A stretch of DNA of 64,000 nt from Ginglymostoma cirratum (taxonomy: Eukaryota). The stretch is taken from contig JAHRHZ010000021.1 of NCBI GenBank assembly GCA_024137785.1, positions 24,388,895 to 24,452,894 of the forward strand. Reading direction: 5' to 3'. The notes below the pieces were generated by a model. The model did not search any database, was not told where the DNA came from, and worked only from the letters and a program-made list of their open reading frames with translations. This document shows positions 61,638 through 64,000 of the stretch, piece by piece (within the stretch, counting starts at the first letter, position 1; each line of letters begins with the position of its first letter). The translations under genes were made by a program, and so were the position numbers.

Positions 61638-63390
61638 CGTAGAATCATAAAACATCGGAACAGCCCTTTGGCCCACCATATCTTTGCCAACCAGCAACAT
61701 CAAACTGCACCAATCCCATTTACCTGCACTTAGTCCGTGCCCTGGAAATTTAAGTGCTTATCCAGATGCTTCTTAAATGTTGCGAGAAATTTGCTTCCAT
61801 CGCCCTCTCTGGCAGCATTTTCCATATTTCAGCTACCCTTTGAGTGAAAAGTTTTTATTTCTCAGATCGCTTCTAAACCGTTTGGTCCTCACCTTAAACT
61901 TGTGTCATCTGGTCTTGGACATGTCTGCTATGGGGAAAAGGTCCTCATGATCTACCCTGTCTATGCCTCTCATAATTTTGTATACCTTAATAAAATCCCC
62001 TCTCAGCCTTCTCTACTGTGGGGAAAGCAAATCCAGCCTATCCAATCCATCCTCGCAACACATCTTTCATCACTGGCCACATCCTGGTGAATCCTCAGGA
62101 CCCTCTCCAGTGCAATCACGTGCTCCATTGTGTAGCAACCTGAACTGTACACACTACTCTATCTGTGGCCTACCAAATTTTTCATAAAGTTGTAATGAGA
62201 CTTTCTTGCTCCTCTAGCCTACACTAATGTGGGGAAGCATCTGAATGGCTTCTTTCTGCCTGTACCACTGGGGTCTATGGACTTGTACACCAACGTCCCT
62301 TTATTTCTCAGTACTCCCCAGGGACCTACCATTCATTGTCTATATCCTTCCCTTGTTGGACCTCCTAAAATGCATCAGGATTAGATTCCATCTGCCATTG
62401 TTCTGCCCAATTTACCAGTTAATCAATATCAGTCTGCACCTTAAGGCTGTCCTCTTCACTTTCAGTAATACCACCAATTTTGGTTTCATTTGCAAACTTA
62501 CTAATTATACCTTCTGCATTCACATCCAAGTCGTTAATAAATGTAACGAACAGCAAGGGTCCCAGCACTGAACACTGTGGTACAGTGCTGGCCACGGGCT
62601 TCTAATCACGAAAACAAACTTTCGTCATCACCCTTTGCCTCTTATTTACAAGCCAGTTTTTGTATTCTGTTTGCCAACTTGACTTGAATCCCATGGACTC
62701 TTATCTTTTGGACCAGACTTCCATATGGAAGCTTGTCAAAGGCCTTGTTGAAGTCCACATAAATCAAATCAACTGCAGTACTCTCATCAGTATATTTAGT
62801 CACCTTTTCCAAAAAAAACTCAGTTAATCAGCCAGGATCTCTGTTTTAAATCCATTGTTGACTGTTGCGGATCAATCCTTGCTTTTCCAAGTATTGATTA
62901 ATCCTGTCCCTCAAAATTTTCTCTAAGGACTTCCTTACTATTAACATCTGATTAACTAGCCTGTAGTTACCTGGCTTATATCTATTACTGTTCTTGAACA
63001 AAAGCACCACATTAGCTAGCCATCTGACATTTCACCTGTGGCCAGTGGAATAGTGAATGTATCCACCAGGGCTCCAGCTGTGTATTCCGTTTTACTCTCA
63101 GTCAGCACTGAGCCCAGCTGCTATTTGTGCTCAGGCTGCCTTTGTTTGGTGGCATGATCTCCTATAGTGCTCAGTAGGATGAAGCACCCAATACAATGAC
63201 AACTCCTTCCTTGTCTCCCATTGCAGCCTAGGGATTTATGCACCTGTAGGCTTGCTAAAACATCCAAGAACCTCCCCCTTATTAATCTTAACATGGTCGA
63301 CTACCTCACTATCCCAACTGAAATTCCCCAACTGCAGTATCTTTCTCCTATTTGAATACAGATGAGAAATATTTATTTAAGACCTCACCC
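61638..63390 (-). mobile_element. CR1 LINE ORF2 3' ~1.7 kb
   Basis: aagggtcccagcactga (SVLGPL), tcatttgcaaactt (KFAND, decayed KFADD), ttgtcaaaggccttgttgaagtcca (DFNKAFDK), aactagcctgtagtt (NYRLV). Confidence 0.88.
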
Positions 63391-63419
63391 ACGTCAGTTA
63401 GGGGGCTTTCATGGTCATT

Positions 63420-63532
63420 TAGAAAACTGTATTTAATCAAACTTGAAGTTGTCATGACGCACCTCTGGGACAGGTGGGACTTGAACCTGCTAGACCAGAA
63501 GCAGGTGAACTACCACTGCACCACAACAGCCC
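63420..63532 (-). mobile_element. ~110 bp tRNA-derived element
   Basis: Reverse complement gggctgttgtggtgcagtggtag...ggttcaagtcccacctgtcccagaggtg. Confidence 0.65.
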
Positions 63533-64000
63533 ATAAAAAGGATTTTGATCTATTAAAGTATGTTTTTAAAATTCAACACTACACCAACATTCCCATGTAT
63601 CAATCTCTGTCCTGACATAAATCCCAGAAACTTAAGCTGCAGGAAAGCTCCATGATCCTGACATGAATTGTACACCCAGTCTTCTGATCTAAAGTTGGTT
63701 AGGTTCTTGATCCTACCAGAATCTGAGGATCTGTGTCCTTCCAGTCATCCAATGAGGCAAAGGAAGGCTTGAAATATAATGAAAGTTGGATGGAAGAGCA
63801 GTTTATGGCGATTTGAGTCCGAGGTGGTGAAGTGTCCCCAGTGAGGAAGTAGAAATGGCAGAGGGCAGGAAGAGTTAATAGTTTGTGTTGAGGCGTGTTG
63901 AGAGTCATTAAGTGGACCTGATGCATGCAATAGCGGGTACTGTGAAACCACATACCTTGGTGAGATACATGTGTGCAGTGGCAGCTTTAGACTGACTGAT

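Overview
Eukaryotic (vertebrate) genomic DNA, very probably from a cartilaginous fish (shark), judged from HE1/V-SINE, CR1-type LINEs and shark-style Penelope repeats. The only host gene I can support is the 5' part of a + strand cortactin-binding protein 2 gene (CTTNBP2): four coding exons (7204-7278, 8185-8292, 58925-59155, 59497-59604), all phase 0 with GT-AG introns, including a 50.6 kb intron 2. The gene continues beyond the window. Exon 4 is notable because it encodes a segment found in CTTNBP2NL but, as I recall it, absent from mammalian CTTNBP2. The rest is decayed mobile DNA (CR1, L2, RTE, Penelope-like elements, tRNA-derived SINEs, a hAT/Charlie derivative). The most striking non-coding signal is a swarm of minimal type I hammerhead-ribozyme motifs (CUGANGA-N-stem II-GAAA plus a palindromic stem III) in several Penelope-associated repeat families, some arranged as fold-back inverted repeats inside the CTTNBP2 intron. 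Repeat boundaries are read by eye and approximate; family names come from recalled consensus features, not from searches.
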